Below the pieces are notes generated by a model, which saw only the letters and a program-made list of their open reading frames with translations, did no database searches and was not told the DNA's origin. Positions 47,931 to 58,035 of a stretch of DNA of 64,000 nt are shown one piece after another; within the stretch, counting starts at the first letter, position 1, and each line of letters starts with the position of its first letter. The DNA comes from an uncultured Methanolobus sp. (GTDB lineage: Archaea; Halobacteriota; Methanosarcinia; Methanosarcinales; Methanosarcinaceae), in contig OY776215.1 in assembly GCA_963675495.1 (NCBI GenBank), forward strand, positions 512,001 to 576,000, given 5' to 3'. The position numbers were made by a program, and so were the translations under genes.

Positions 47931-50837
47931 TTGAAAAATAAAACCACCCTACCAATTGTTATTTTACTAATACTCCTCTTTGCCTTTGCACCAACTGCAC
48001 AGGCAGCAACCACACTGACAACTTCGAATAGTTCTGTGAATTATACTGAAAATGATGATATGTATATAGACCTCGGAATGAACATAACCAGTAATACGAC
48101 CTTTACATCAGCCAGAGTTTACATTGGAGATGGCTATGTAAATAACCAGGATTACCTAAGATATTCAACCAAAGGTAATATTACCGGAAGTTTTAGTACA
48201 TCCACGGGAGTCCTAACACTTACAGGAAGCGGGGATGCGGATGCATATCAGGCAGCCCTCAGGAATGTCCGGTATGAGAATACAAATGAAAATCCCAACA
48301 CAGCTGACAGAAACGTCACATTCGTCATTGGAGGGAATGCACTCTACTTCGAAAGTACAGGCCACTATTATGAATATGTATCATACCACTCAACCTGGGC
48401 CTCAGCTAGAACAAATGCAGCAAGCAAGGAACTGGATGGGATGCAGGGATATCTGGCAACCATCACCTCTGAAGAAGAAAACAATTTCCTGAAAGAGAAG
48501 ACACAAGCTGATGCCTGGGTAGGAGCCAGCGATAGTGCTGTGGAAGGTGAGTGGCGATGGGTCACAGGTCCGGAGGGTACAGAAGCTGCAGGAGCTGGCA
48601 GATTGTTCTATCAGGGAAATGGTCTGACTGGTTCAGTTGTAGGCAGTGAATACAATAAATGGAATGGTCCGATATGGGGCGGTTCCGAGCCAAACAACGC
48701 AGGAGACGAAGATTATGCCCAGATGTATTCAACTAATAATGGAACATGGAATGACCTTCCAGGCACCTATTCACTAAATGGATATTTGCTTGAGTTTGGT
48801 GGAATGACAGGAGATCCGGAAACACCCCCGCAACTCACAGCCACCATCACTATAAATGTAAATTCAGTAAATGACGCACCGACAACAGCCGGAATATTCA
48901 CAACACCAACAAGCGGACAGGTCAAGCAGGGAGGCAGCTCTATGACAGTATCCTGGGGTTCATCTACAGATGTGGAAGGAGACAGTGTGAAATACGACCT
49001 GTGGTTCTTCAATGGAAGCTGGACACAAATAGGCAACCTGCTAAGCAGTACTAGTATGGCTTTCACCCTGCCTGAAGACAATACTGACAGCGCAATGTTC
49101 AGGGTATACGCTAATGATACTCAGGATAACTCTTCTGCAAGAGATGTTAGTTTCACCATCGATTCTGCAGCTCCTGTTTACACATGGATCCAGAAAGTCC
49201 TCAACGCAAGCACAGGTGAGAATGCCACTGTAATAATCAATGCGACTGATGTTTCTATCGATGTGCATAACATTACTGTGGATGGAGTGGACTACGTGAT
49301 GAACGAAAACTCAGGTAATTATTTCTGGAACATTTCCATTCCTTCAAGCAACTCAGCTACAGTCCCAAGTTCTATGACCTATAATTGTACTTTCAGCGAT
49401 GTTCTGGGTAATACCAACATCACAGGGGATGTACTGCTTAACATAACTATTCTACCACATGCAGATTTCAGCTCAAATGTAACAAGAGGAATAGCGCCTC
49501 TTGCTGTGAACCTTACTGATAATTCATCATATTCGAACAGCTATCATTGGGATTTCGGAGATGGAGATACTTCAACCGAGCAAAATCCAATACATATATT
49601 TGATGCAGGGAGTTACACAGTAAACCTCACAGTAAGCAATCCAAATGGCACATCTACCAAACTCCTGAATATAAGGGCAGCTCCTGAACCAGAATATACT
49701 CCTGGACCAAATGAGACTGAACAGATATCAGTATATGGTGAAGAATTTAATTTCAGTATTGAAAGTACACTCAATTCAAGTTTTGCATGGTACATGAACG
49801 ATAATCCGATCAATGGTTCCGGTGTCACGCTATACTCTAACAACAATGATTCAAGTATGAAATCCTATTGTCTCATCAATACGAGCCAGTATATCAACCA
49901 GAGTGATTTCTTCATGGAAACATATAACGTGTCTGTTGCCGCAAGCAATGAAAGTGTAGGCAGAACAGACACACACTCATGGGAATGGACAGTGACAAAT
50001 TCATCTATTGCAAGTAATGCTACAGATATTGCTTTTGTTATGGAGAAAAGTCCTTCCGTAAATACCACAGGTAATGTTTCATGTGTTCAGTTCAACACCA
50101 CTGACAACAGCAGAACGGACAATGATGGCCTGGCGGGAAGCATTGTTGCAGTATCGTTCAACACTTCATCCAATACAACCGGGCTTATGCTGAAGATAGA
50201 AGTGCTTGATAAATCTACCATCAACGAGTCAGAAACCGGTTTTTCAGCTGATTCAGTATACCAGTATATGGATATCAGTGTCAATAACAAAACCCTGGCA
50301 AACAACATGGGTTTCAACAGAAGTGTAGAGTTCAGAGTATTGAATGAACTTAATGGAGAAACACTTATCGTAAACTCTGTTAGCCTGAAACACAAGAACT
50401 CGTCTACCTGGGAAAGCTATGTTCCTGAACTCCTCGATAATGATGGAACCTATTCGTACTACATTGTACGCAGCGTATCCGGATTCTCACCTTTTGCAAT
50501 TAGTGCTAACTATAATCAAAACAGTGCATCTGTATCAAGTTCGGCCGATGATGGTATGCCTTATTACTTGAAACAATTGCTTCTGGAAAAAAGAGAACAG
50601 GCAATTTCAGAAGAAGAGGATACTGTAAATGAACCAGTAAATGCCGGCAGTTCTTCAAACCCGGAAGAAGCTGGTGATTTCCAGAATATCGAGGAAACGA
50701 TAGATGTAAAGAATAACGCAAATACAGCACCTGAAGATGACTACAATGACAAAAAGAGCAATGGAATATTATTCCCGGCACTAATATTGCTTGCTATCGT
50801 TGCAACGCTGTTCTTTGCAAGACAAGCAAAAAAATAG
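47931..50837 (+). CDS. Cell-surface protein with C-type lectin-like, PKD and PGF-pre-PGF-like domains
   Basis: Signal peptide; GHYYEYV..W..A....GYLATITSEEEN...WVG.SD...EGEWRW...EPNN...WND lectin pattern; PKD WDFGDG; SGFSPFAI; C-terminal TM plus basic tail. Confidence 0.85.
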   Translation: MKNKTTLPIVILLILLFAFAPTAQAATTLTTSNSSVNYTENDDMYIDLGMNITSNTTFTSARVYIGDGYVNNQDYLRYSTKGNITGSFSTSTGVLTLTGSGDADAYQAALRNVRYENTNENPNTADRNVTFVIGGNALYFESTGHYYEYVSYHSTWASARTNAASKELDGMQGYLATITSEEENNFLKEKTQADAWVGASDSAVEGEWRWVTGPEGTEAAGAGRLFYQGNGLTGSVVGSEYNKWNGPIWGGSEPNNAGDEDYAQMYSTNNGTWNDLPGTYSLNGYLLEFGGMTGDPETPPQLTATITINVNSVNDAPTTAGIFTTPTSGQVKQGGSSMTVSWGSSTDVEGDSVKYDLWFFNGSWTQIGNLLSSTSMAFTLPEDNTDSAMFRVYANDTQDNSSARDVSFTIDSAAPVYTWIQKVLNASTGENATVIINATDVSIDVHNITVDGVDYVMNENSGNYFWNISIPSSNSATVPSSMTYNCTFSDVLGNTNITGDVLLNITILPHADFSSNVTRGIAPLAVNLTDNSSYSNSYHWDFGDGDTSTEQNPIHIFDAGSYTVNLTVSNPNGTSTKLLNIRAAPEPEYTPGPNETEQISVYGEEFNFSIESTLNSSFAWYMNDNPINGSGVTLYSNNNDSSMKSYCLINTSQYINQSDFFMETYNVSVAASNESVGRTDTHSWEWTVTNSSIASNATDIAFVMEKSPSVNTTGNVSCVQFNTTDNSRTDNDGLAGSIVAVSFNTSSNTTGLMLKIEVLDKSTINESETGFSADSVYQYMDISVNNKTLANNMGFNRSVEFRVLNELNGETLIVNSVSLKHKNSSTWESYVPELLDNDGTYSYYIVRSVSGFSPFAISANYNQNSASVSSSADDGMPYYLKQLLLEKREQAISEEEDTVNEPVNAGSSSNPEEAGDFQNIEETIDVKNNANTAPEDDYNDKKSNGILFPALILLAIVATLFFARQAKK

Positions 50838-50862
50838 TTATTGAAGCTTGAATAAGCAAATG

Positions 50863-50883
50863 AGGTTCTGTTAAACAGAACCT
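50863..50883. terminator. Hairpin between convergent genes (likely bidirectional terminator)
   Basis: AGGTTCTGT...ACAGAACCT followed by a T-run. Confidence 0.55.
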
Positions 50884-50896
50884 TTGTTTTTTTAAA

Positions 50897-51301
50897 TCAA
50901 AATATATCTTTTATTCCAGTAACCTTCTCACTCTTTGCACCCTGAGCAGTTGCTTCAAACTCCTTGAATTTGGGAACACCAGTGCCACCGGTCTCATCAG
51001 GAACAAGAGCATTGGACCATGGGCAGTTCACCATATAGGCAATTCCGGGATGTTCTTTTTCATAACCCGACCTCTGTGCTTTGACAACCACTTTTCCAAA
51101 ACTGTTCTTTAGGATCACTGTGTCGCCTTCCTTAATGGTAAGTTTTGAGATGTCCGTCGAATCGAGTTTGATAACCGCTGAGAGATTCTCATACTCCTGG
51201 CCAAAACGTGAGGATTCCTGGGCAGTGTTCTGGAACACATCCCTGTAAGTGCTGATCTTCAGTTTGATTTCCGGTGCAGTAAGGAATTGTCCGAACCCCA
51301 T
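50897..51301 (-). CDS. fwdD: Formylmethanofuran dehydrogenase subunit D (molybdopterin dinucleotide-binding)
   Basis: GKVVVKA...PGIAYM..PWSNAL...T.GTGVPKFK; follows fwdB. Confidence 0.8.
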   Translation of the reverse strand: MGFGQFLTAPEIKLKISTYRDVFQNTAQESSRFGQEYENLSAVIKLDSTDISKLTIKEGDTVILKNSFGKVVVKAQRSGYEKEHPGIAYMVNCPWSNALVPDETGGTGVPKFKEFEATAQGAKSEKVTGIKDIF

Positions 51302-52551
51302 TATATCGCCTCTGTAATTCGTATAAGTATTTCCTCATCAGACAGATTATCAGTTTCAACTATCTTTTTCAGTTCTATCTCCACACCATCCATACGAACG
51401 GCAGTGCCGCCGGATTCAACCCCACCAAGCGCACATGGAATTGTGACGGTCGACCTTGTTGCTGTCAGGTTCTGGCATGGATCAATGGTGATGAGTGGTA
51501 TCTCTGCAAGATAGCGGGCAACTGAGAGCGGCAGACTTGATAGGGGATCGGAGCCTATTATAAGTGCAGCATCCACAGACCTATTTCGCAGAGCTTCGAC
51601 CACTGAATACTCAGCTCCGTGTTCAGCATCACCTGTTTCATCGTTGAACTTCAGGCGGTTGATGTATCCCGTTTCTGCAAAGAGGTTCTGGTTAAAACCT
51701 CTCATGTTGTACTGACCCACCATGGGTATCAAGTGGAAATTGGAAACTTCATTGAGCTTTTCCATCAATTTGAATAGGGGTTCAAGTTCCTCAAGAGAAT
51801 AGACAAGCCCAAGACCAACACAGATCACACCGAACTTAGCTTTCTTCATTACATTTGCAAGTTCCAGTATCCTCTTCTTGTCGAAATCAAAGGAAGTTTT
51901 AGGAACCTTGCTTGACAGGGCACTTACAAGAGCCTCCATAAACTGGGCATCTTCACCCATGGGAATCTGGTAGAACCGTGTATCCCGACAGATCTGGGCA
52001 GTGGAGGATTTCCTGACGTCGATGGCTATTGCGGTCCTGTCCTCTTCCCATCCTCTCTGGCGCTCCTCACCTCTTGGAAAATAGGAATATCTCGAAAGGT
52101 GACGTGGATGTGAGTTGGAAGGATCGGCTCCCCAGAAAATTATAACGTCAGCCTTGTGCCTGATATCATCAAGGGTGCATGTTTTAAGTTTATCCTGAAG
52201 TATGGCCTCTATTATTGGCCCCTGGCAGAACGATGAAGTATCATCGATGTATGCACCTGTTCTCTTTGCAAGCCCGATGGATATTTTTTGCGCTTGAGAA
52301 CTTGAATTGCCATGACCGAATATCAGCGGGTTTTTGGCATTTTTCAATATAGCAGCTGCTTTTCCAATAGCTGAATCAACATCAACTTTCTCTCCGTCCA
52401 CTGTGCACTCCAGAGGATCACTGCAACCTTTCATGCGTGCAACACCTTTAAGGCAGGCAGCATGTACTTTGGTCAACTTGTTGGCTTCTGTTTCAACCTC
52501 AATATCATCACATAGAAGAGCACAACCCGTACAAACATAATATTCACTCAA
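51301..52551 (-). CDS. fwdB: Formylmethanofuran dehydrogenase subunit B
   Basis: CTGCALLCDD, SSFCQGP, ADVIIFWGADP..SHPRHLSRYS, GGTAVRMDGV. Confidence 0.92.
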   Translation of the reverse strand: MSEYYVCTGCALLCDDIEVETEANKLTKVHAACLKGVARMKGCSDPLECTVDGEKVDVDSAIGKAAAILKNAKNPLIFGHGNSSSQAQKISIGLAKRTGAYIDDTSSFCQGPIIEAILQDKLKTCTLDDIRHKADVIIFWGADPSNSHPRHLSRYSYFPRGEERQRGWEEDRTAIAIDVRKSSTAQICRDTRFYQIPMGEDAQFMEALVSALSSKVPKTSFDFDKKRILELANVMKKAKFGVICVGLGLVYSLEELEPLFKLMEKLNEVSNFHLIPMVGQYNMRGFNQNLFAETGYINRLKFNDETGDAEHGAEYSVVEALRNRSVDAALIIGSDPLSSLPLSVARYLAEIPLITIDPCQNLTATRSTVTIPCALGGVESGGTAVRMDGVEIELKKIVETDNLSDEEILIRITEAI

Positions 52552-52587
52552 ATCATCACCACGCTTAAAAATAAGAATAAAGACAGA

Positions 52588-53058
52588 TCAAACGAATTCG
52601 ATTGCCTTTGTAGGACATGTATCTATACAGGCAACACAGAGGATCTTATTCTCTCCGAATCGGCGACATTCCTGTACGTTCCTGGCCTTTACAACTCCAT
52701 CTTCGACCTTGAAGATGACCTTATCAGAGGTCGGTGCCTTTCCGCTTCCTGCGCCAAATGGATCGTTGGCCACATTTACAGGACATGCGACAACACAATT
52801 TCCGCAACCTATACACTTATCGTCGTGAACTATAAGGCCTGTTTCCGTAACATCACCAACAGGACCGATCATCTCAGAGAGCTTCTCGTAGTTGGCCTTA
52901 TGTTTTTCCTTGTTCACAAGTGGAGGACAATCCTCCACCTTTACCTTACGTCCAAGGAGATCAACCGCAAATGCCATACATGTGGCTTTTCCACATTCCT
53001 TACAATTAGTTTTTGGGAGTAGCTGGTATATTTCCATCACATTTGCCATTATTGTCAC
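52588..53058 (-). CDS. fwdG: Fe-S protein, FwdG-like (N-terminal FeS domain plus ferredoxin)
   Basis: LPKTNCKECGKATCMAFA; CIGCGNCVVACP; CVACIDTCP; lies upstream of fwdB. Confidence 0.75.
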   Translation of the reverse strand: MTIMANVMEIYQLLPKTNCKECGKATCMAFAVDLLGRKVKVEDCPPLVNKEKHKANYEKLSEMIGPVGDVTETGLIVHDDKCIGCGNCVVACPVNVANDPFGAGSGKAPTSDKVIFKVEDGVVKARNVQECRRFGENKILCVACIDTCPTKAIEFV

Positions 53059-53122
53059 CTTTTGGAACTAAGTTAAGTATTATGCCACTTACTGCAACAA
53101 TCGTTTTTACTCCAGAATACAT

Positions 53123-53407
53123 TCAGACCTTGAAGAACAATGAACAATGGCAACTACCATCGTTTTCAATTTCATCATGGTGATAGATACATGGACAGAT
53201 GATCTTACGATCCTGCTCATCATCACCAGTCCTTATTCTGCATGGACAATATTGTTTCCCATGTTCATTCCTGTTCCTGGAAAGACCTTCAATGACCGCA
53301 TTAAGCATTTCTTTATCAGGATTCAGGATAAAACCCTTTTTCTTTGCATAGTTTGAAGCCCATTCATGTGTTTTTTCCATTATTGGTGCAAGTTCGGTCA
53401 TAGACAA
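53123..53407 (-). CDS. Ferredoxin-thioredoxin reductase catalytic subunit-like protein
   Basis: YCPCR...ICPC...CHC.LF motifs. Confidence 0.9.
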   Translation of the reverse strand: MSMTELAPIMEKTHEWASNYAKKKGFILNPDKEMLNAVIEGLSRNRNEHGKQYCPCRIRTGDDEQDRKIICPCIYHHDEIENDGSCHCSLFFKV

Positions 53408-53620
53408 TCTCCTGTATAATTAAGTAAAAGTATCAATAGTATATTCAGGATATCATTATTTATGTACTTCGGTTTTTGTAATAATTATACGAAAATTAAA
53501 CCTTATACAAAATGCAAATGCTGTCTATCAGGACAGATCAGACCCAAGCTTAGTCCTCTGGATGATACCACGTTTTTAAGCGCTAAAAAAGAAAAAGTTA
53601 GAATACCGGAGATCTCCGGC

Positions 53621-53959
53621 TTACATCATTTTAGTCTGCTCGGTCTGGCGTGGCACTTTTACCACCATGAAACGGAAAAGACTATCACTTTCATTCATCA
53701 GTCTGTGAGGGATCTTTGCAGGGCTTTCTATAAGCATATCCTTAGTGACGGTTTGCTGTTCATCACCGATCTCTACGATTCCCTCGCCTTCAAGGATGTA
53801 AAAGAACACGTCAACAGGAGTTGAGTGTTTCTTTAGTGCATCACCCGGTTTGAGTTGCATGTGCATTACCTGTGCATGCTCAGTGTCATAGAGCTTGTGT
53901 ACAATGACTCCATGAGGATTGTCTTTCTTTTCTGAATCCTTGTAACTTGTTATTATCAT
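53621..53959 (-). CDS. Cupin-domain protein
   Basis: LKPG...KHSTPVDVFFYILEGEG...PAKIPHRL.N. Confidence 0.88.
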   Translation of the reverse strand: MIITSYKDSEKKDNPHGVIVHKLYDTEHAQVMHMQLKPGDALKKHSTPVDVFFYILEGEGIVEIGDEQQTVTKDMLIESPAKIPHRLMNESDSLFRFMVVKVPRQTEQTKMM

Positions 53960-54019
53960 CTGGTCACTTCCTAATAAAAAAAGAAAAAAGGGTTTTTAGC
54001 AGTTTTTCCGTTTAAAGGT

Positions 54020-55717
54020 TTAAAGAAGGACCTTGAGGTCTTCTTCAACTGTGGAATTTGGCATTATATTGAAATTCTCAACCAGAACATTGAGAACATT
54101 CGGCGAGACAAATGCTGGCAGTGTTGGTCCAAGCATGATGTTCTTTACACCAAGACTGAGCAGTGCAAGCAGGACAAGACATGCTTTCTGCTCGTACCAT
54201 GCTATATTATATGATACTGGCAGGTCGTTGATATCATCAAGTCCGAATGCCTTTGCAAGTGCCTGTGCTATGACAACCAGTGAATAGGAGTCATTACACT
54301 GTCCTGCATCAAGAACCCTTGGAATTCCACCGATATCTCCCAGGTCAAGCTTGTTGTAACGGTACTTTGCACATCCTGCTGTGAGGATGACAGTGTCCTT
54401 TGGAAGAGCTTCTGCAAAGTCTGTGTAGTAACTTCTTTCTTTATGCCTTCCGTCACATCCGGCCATGACAACGAATTTTTTGATCTGTCCTGCCTTTACA
54501 GCATCAACTATCTTATCAGCAACAGAGAGTGCGGCTACATGTGCAAAACCGCCCATGATGGTGCCTTCCTCAAGCTGCTCAGGGGATTTGCATGTCTTTG
54601 CCTGTTCGATGATGGATGAGAAGTCTTTGCCACCGTCTTCACCTGCATTGATGTGGGTTACACCGTCAAAACCAACTATTCCCGTTGTGTATATCCTGTT
54701 GATGTAGGATTCTCTTGGAGCAACGATACAGTTTGTGGTCATGAATATAGGACCATTGAACTTCTCGAATTCCTCCTTCTGCCTCCACCATGAACCGCCA
54801 TAGTTTCCAACAAAATTATCATATTTCTTGAATGCCGGATAGGAATTTCCAGGCAGCATCTCACCGTGGGTGTAAACATCAACACCTGTTCCCTGTGTTT
54901 GTTCAAGGAGCTGTTCAAGATCACGCAGGTCATGTCCGCTTATGAGGATCCCAGGATTATCCTTTACACCAATGCTTACTGCGGTTGGCTCCGGATTACC
55001 ATAGGTTGTGGTGTTTGCCTTGTCAAGCAATGCCATGGTAGCAACACCCTGTGAACCACATTCGAGTACCAGTGGGACAAGCTCATCGACACCCATCTCG
55101 TCGTCCATTGTTGCCAGGAGCGCCTTCTCAAAGAATGCCATAATGTTATCATCCTTGTATCCAAGGACACTTGCATGATGAGCATATGCAGCCATACCTT
55201 TGAGACCATAAACAAGCAGTTCCCTGAGGGAGCGGATATCCTCATTCTCAGTTGCAAGTACCCCTGTGTTTATGTTGGCAATGCTCTGCGCTGTGACCTT
55301 TGCCATTATTGGAAGTTCCTCACCTGCGTTTGGACTTGCACCAAGGAGTTTCTCTTTGATCCACCTTGGGAAAGATGAGCCGGAGTTCTCATTGAGAACC
55401 TTTGCATCCAACAATTTCTTTTTTATGCCGTCCTTTAGTTCAAAGCCTTCGTTGATCATTCTTTCGAAGTCAACTTTGCTGAAGTTGGTATTTGTAATAG
55501 TTGCAAAAAGCCCGTCAAGGATGAACTGATCGGTCTTCGCATCGTTGAGATTGTTTGCCCTTGCCTTTGAGTTGTAGAACGCGATACTTTTCAGGACATA
55601 GATAAGATCATCCTGAAGGTCTGCAACTTCTCCTTTCTTTCCACATACGCCATTCTTTGTACAGCCAGTGGCATTCATTGTTTCTTCACATTGATAACAG
55701 AACATTTTATTCACCAT
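54020..55717 (-). CDS. hcp: Hybrid cluster protein (hydroxylamine reductase)
   Basis: MFCYQCEET...[39 protein letters not shown]. Confidence 0.96.
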   Translation of the reverse strand: MVNKMFCYQCEETMNATGCTKNGVCGKKGEVADLQDDLIYVLKSIAFYNSKARANNLNDAKTDQFILDGLFATITNTNFSKVDFERMINEGFELKDGIKKKLLDAKVLNENSGSSFPRWIKEKLLGASPNAGEELPIMAKVTAQSIANINTGVLATENEDIRSLRELLVYGLKGMAAYAHHASVLGYKDDNIMAFFEKALLATMDDEMGVDELVPLVLECGSQGVATMALLDKANTTTYGNPEPTAVSIGVKDNPGILISGHDLRDLEQLLEQTQGTGVDVYTHGEMLPGNSYPAFKKYDNFVGNYGGSWWRQKEEFEKFNGPIFMTTNCIVAPRESYINRIYTTGIVGFDGVTHINAGEDGGKDFSSIIEQAKTCKSPEQLEEGTIMGGFAHVAALSVADKIVDAVKAGQIKKFVVMAGCDGRHKERSYYTDFAEALPKDTVILTAGCAKYRYNKLDLGDIGGIPRVLDAGQCNDSYSLVVIAQALAKAFGLDDINDLPVSYNIAWYEQKACLVLLALLSLGVKNIMLGPTLPAFVSPNVLNVLVENFNIMPNSTVEEDLKVLL

Positions 55718-56049
55718 GTTTACTACATATGATATCTTTAAGATACTGCTATATATGGGATACTAGCATATAAGGAGAAGAGTTTCCAGGTGGATACCCG
55801 TGCTCGAAAAAAATAAAATGTCATTTACAATGATCGGATTATCATCATTGTCACTCACAAGCTACTTTTCATAAGTACAGATGTCACTGTCCATTCCCTA
55901 CATTTACCCAATTGAACGATTAGTTGTCCAGACTTTATAAGTCTATCTTATGAGATAGTGGGTTTTATGATATTTCCTTGTATAGAATCGGAAAAACTCA
56001 AAAAAATGAACTAGAAAACAGAATTAAGAAAAAAAAAGCTAGAGGAGTT

Positions 56050-57471
56050 TTACTCCTCTTTTCGTCTGTTGATGATAAAGGCAAGTCCTAGTATCGCTAC
56101 TATTGGAAGAGCAACGGTTGGGAACTCAGGGATCTGCTCAGATGGTTCATCAAGTTCATCAGTTACTTCAATTTCCCAGATTTTTGTAACCTTGTTGGAG
56201 GTAACGGTTTCCTGCTGGCTGTCAACAAAGCTGGCAATAATAGTATCAGTCCCTTCATCGGCACCAATGTACGTGAAAGTTGCTTCACCATTGCTGTCAG
56301 TGTATGCTGAAGTGTTCATTCCTGCGTGTGGTCCTGTAACTACCTCAAAAATAACTTCCTTTGATTCTACAGGGTTACCTGCATCATCCTGAACAGTTGC
56401 TGTCACCGTATGGGAAGTTCCAACCAGGTTTGTTGCTGATGCCGGGCTGAGAACTATTCCTTCTCCCACTACAGCTACAGTTGATTTAAGGTCGAAGTAT
56501 GCAAAGAATATGTTGTCATCGTTTGAAGGATTTTGTGTGTGCACAGTGATTGTGCTATCCCCATCCTCTACAAAGTCAAGGATGTTGTACAACTCATCAT
56601 CCAGGCGAGGGTCTGAGTAAGCGGTTTGATTTGGGTCTGCAGGATTTGCATTGCTGTCATCCAGACCACCTACTGTGATCAATTCACCGTTTGAAGATTC
56701 GCCATCATCTTCTCCACCAGCTGCAGAAGTAAGTCTCTGTCCATTCACATTGACTATACTGTATTGGCTGTCACCTGACTGGTAGCTGAAGGATATACCA
56801 AGTCCCATATCAAAACTCATATCAGGAGTACTTGTGTCTATAGGTTCTGCAAGGAGCAGGTTGAATGTGTCTCCGTCAGTGCTCTGTGCACCAAAGAGAA
56901 GAACGATGGTGTTATCGTCTACCTGATCAGGGTCATCAAAAATGACCACCAGTACTGTTCCATCAACGTAGTATGCATCACTTTCGGTTATTGTGAAGTC
57001 TACCCTTCCTGTCGAAGCGCCGTCGATCTTTGCTTTTACAAGGGGTGTGACATCTGCCCAGTGGTTGTAAGTATATTTATTGACAGAGAGATCCCAGTTA
57101 ACAGGTTGACCGTCTATTGTCACTTGGCCATCTGCTATTGGACCAGCGTTCCAAAGAGACACACCAACCATGTATGCTGATCTTACGGTTGCACCTGCAG
57201 GTTTTTCTACCTGAATGATACCAGCTCCATCTGTTCCAAGTCCGTCAACTGAAAGACTGATCTTCCCTGTCTCCGTGACTACTGGAGCAAGACTTGTGGA
57301 TACAGGTGCAGCCAGAGCCATAGGTGCCACTGATGCTGTCCTCAGTGTTGTTTCTTCACCTGTACCAGGTGTTGTTTCAGCTGCACTTGCTGCCATCATA
57401 AAAGCTGATGACAGAACAGCAAAACATAGGAAAATGGTCATTATGTTTTTAATTTGTTTTTTTGCTATCAT
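56050..57471 (-). CDS. PEF-CTERM-sorted surface protein with Ig-like (Big_1) domain
   Basis: Signal peptide; HTVTATVQDDAGNPV...TDSNGEATFTY Ig repeat; IPEFPTVALPIVAILGLAFIINRRKEE. Confidence 0.88.
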   Translation of the reverse strand: MIAKKQIKNIMTIFLCFAVLSSAFMMAASAAETTPGTGEETTLRTASVAPMALAAPVSTSLAPVVTETGKISLSVDGLGTDGAGIIQVEKPAGATVRSAYMVGVSLWNAGPIADGQVTIDGQPVNWDLSVNKYTYNHWADVTPLVKAKIDGASTGRVDFTITESDAYYVDGTVLVVIFDDPDQVDDNTIVLLFGAQSTDGDTFNLLLAEPIDTSTPDMSFDMGLGISFSYQSGDSQYSIVNVNGQRLTSAAGGEDDGESSNGELITVGGLDDSNANPADPNQTAYSDPRLDDELYNILDFVEDGDSTITVHTQNPSNDDNIFFAYFDLKSTVAVVGEGIVLSPASATNLVGTSHTVTATVQDDAGNPVESKEVIFEVVTGPHAGMNTSAYTDSNGEATFTYIGADEGTDTIIASFVDSQQETVTSNKVTKIWEIEVTDELDEPSEQIPEFPTVALPIVAILGLAFIINRRKEE

Positions 57472-58035
57472 ATAATACCACCCTTACTTTAGTACTTTCT
57501 CAAGTAAACAAGTAAGTCTACATGAACATATGAACAGTTAATATATAAATATATTTTTTTATCTACTTTTTTAAATAATTGATCAGCACGAAATCATAAT
57601 GATAATGAGATACAAGCAACCTAGTAACAGTTGATTAAATATTGATAAGTAATGTTTTAAGATGTTTTATTAGATCAGAGACTTCACGCCAGATGTTTCC
57701 AGAGTACCGAGGAACCAGTCTGTAAACAAAGAATATAAAGTCTATATTTTCAAAATTATAGAAAATATACGATTGCACAGGCTTATAATGAACAATGAAT
57801 CAAAAAACAACATTTCCTAATGTTTTAATCTGTGCAATGAAACGACATATCAGCACATTATTTGACTTTTAGAATACATCTGAATATTATCCAATAAATG
57901 ATGCAAATATATATGAAATCCGTAATTTTTTACCAAATATGAATCCTGCAAAACCCGGTTAAATGGTTTTTCACCAATCATCCAAAACTATATCACCCCG
58001 AAAGTCATTTTTTCCTGCAAAAAGGAGCCAACAAT

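Noticed and set aside
51301-52551. Selenocysteine- or pyrrolysine-recoded genes (e.g. fwdB)
   Set aside because: FwdB has Cys at the metal-ligand position in an uninterrupted ORF, and I saw no gene obviously split by an in-frame TAG or TGA.
53462-53824. 120-aa plus-strand ORF
   Set aside because: Overlaps the well-supported cupin gene on the opposite strand and has no recognisable motifs.
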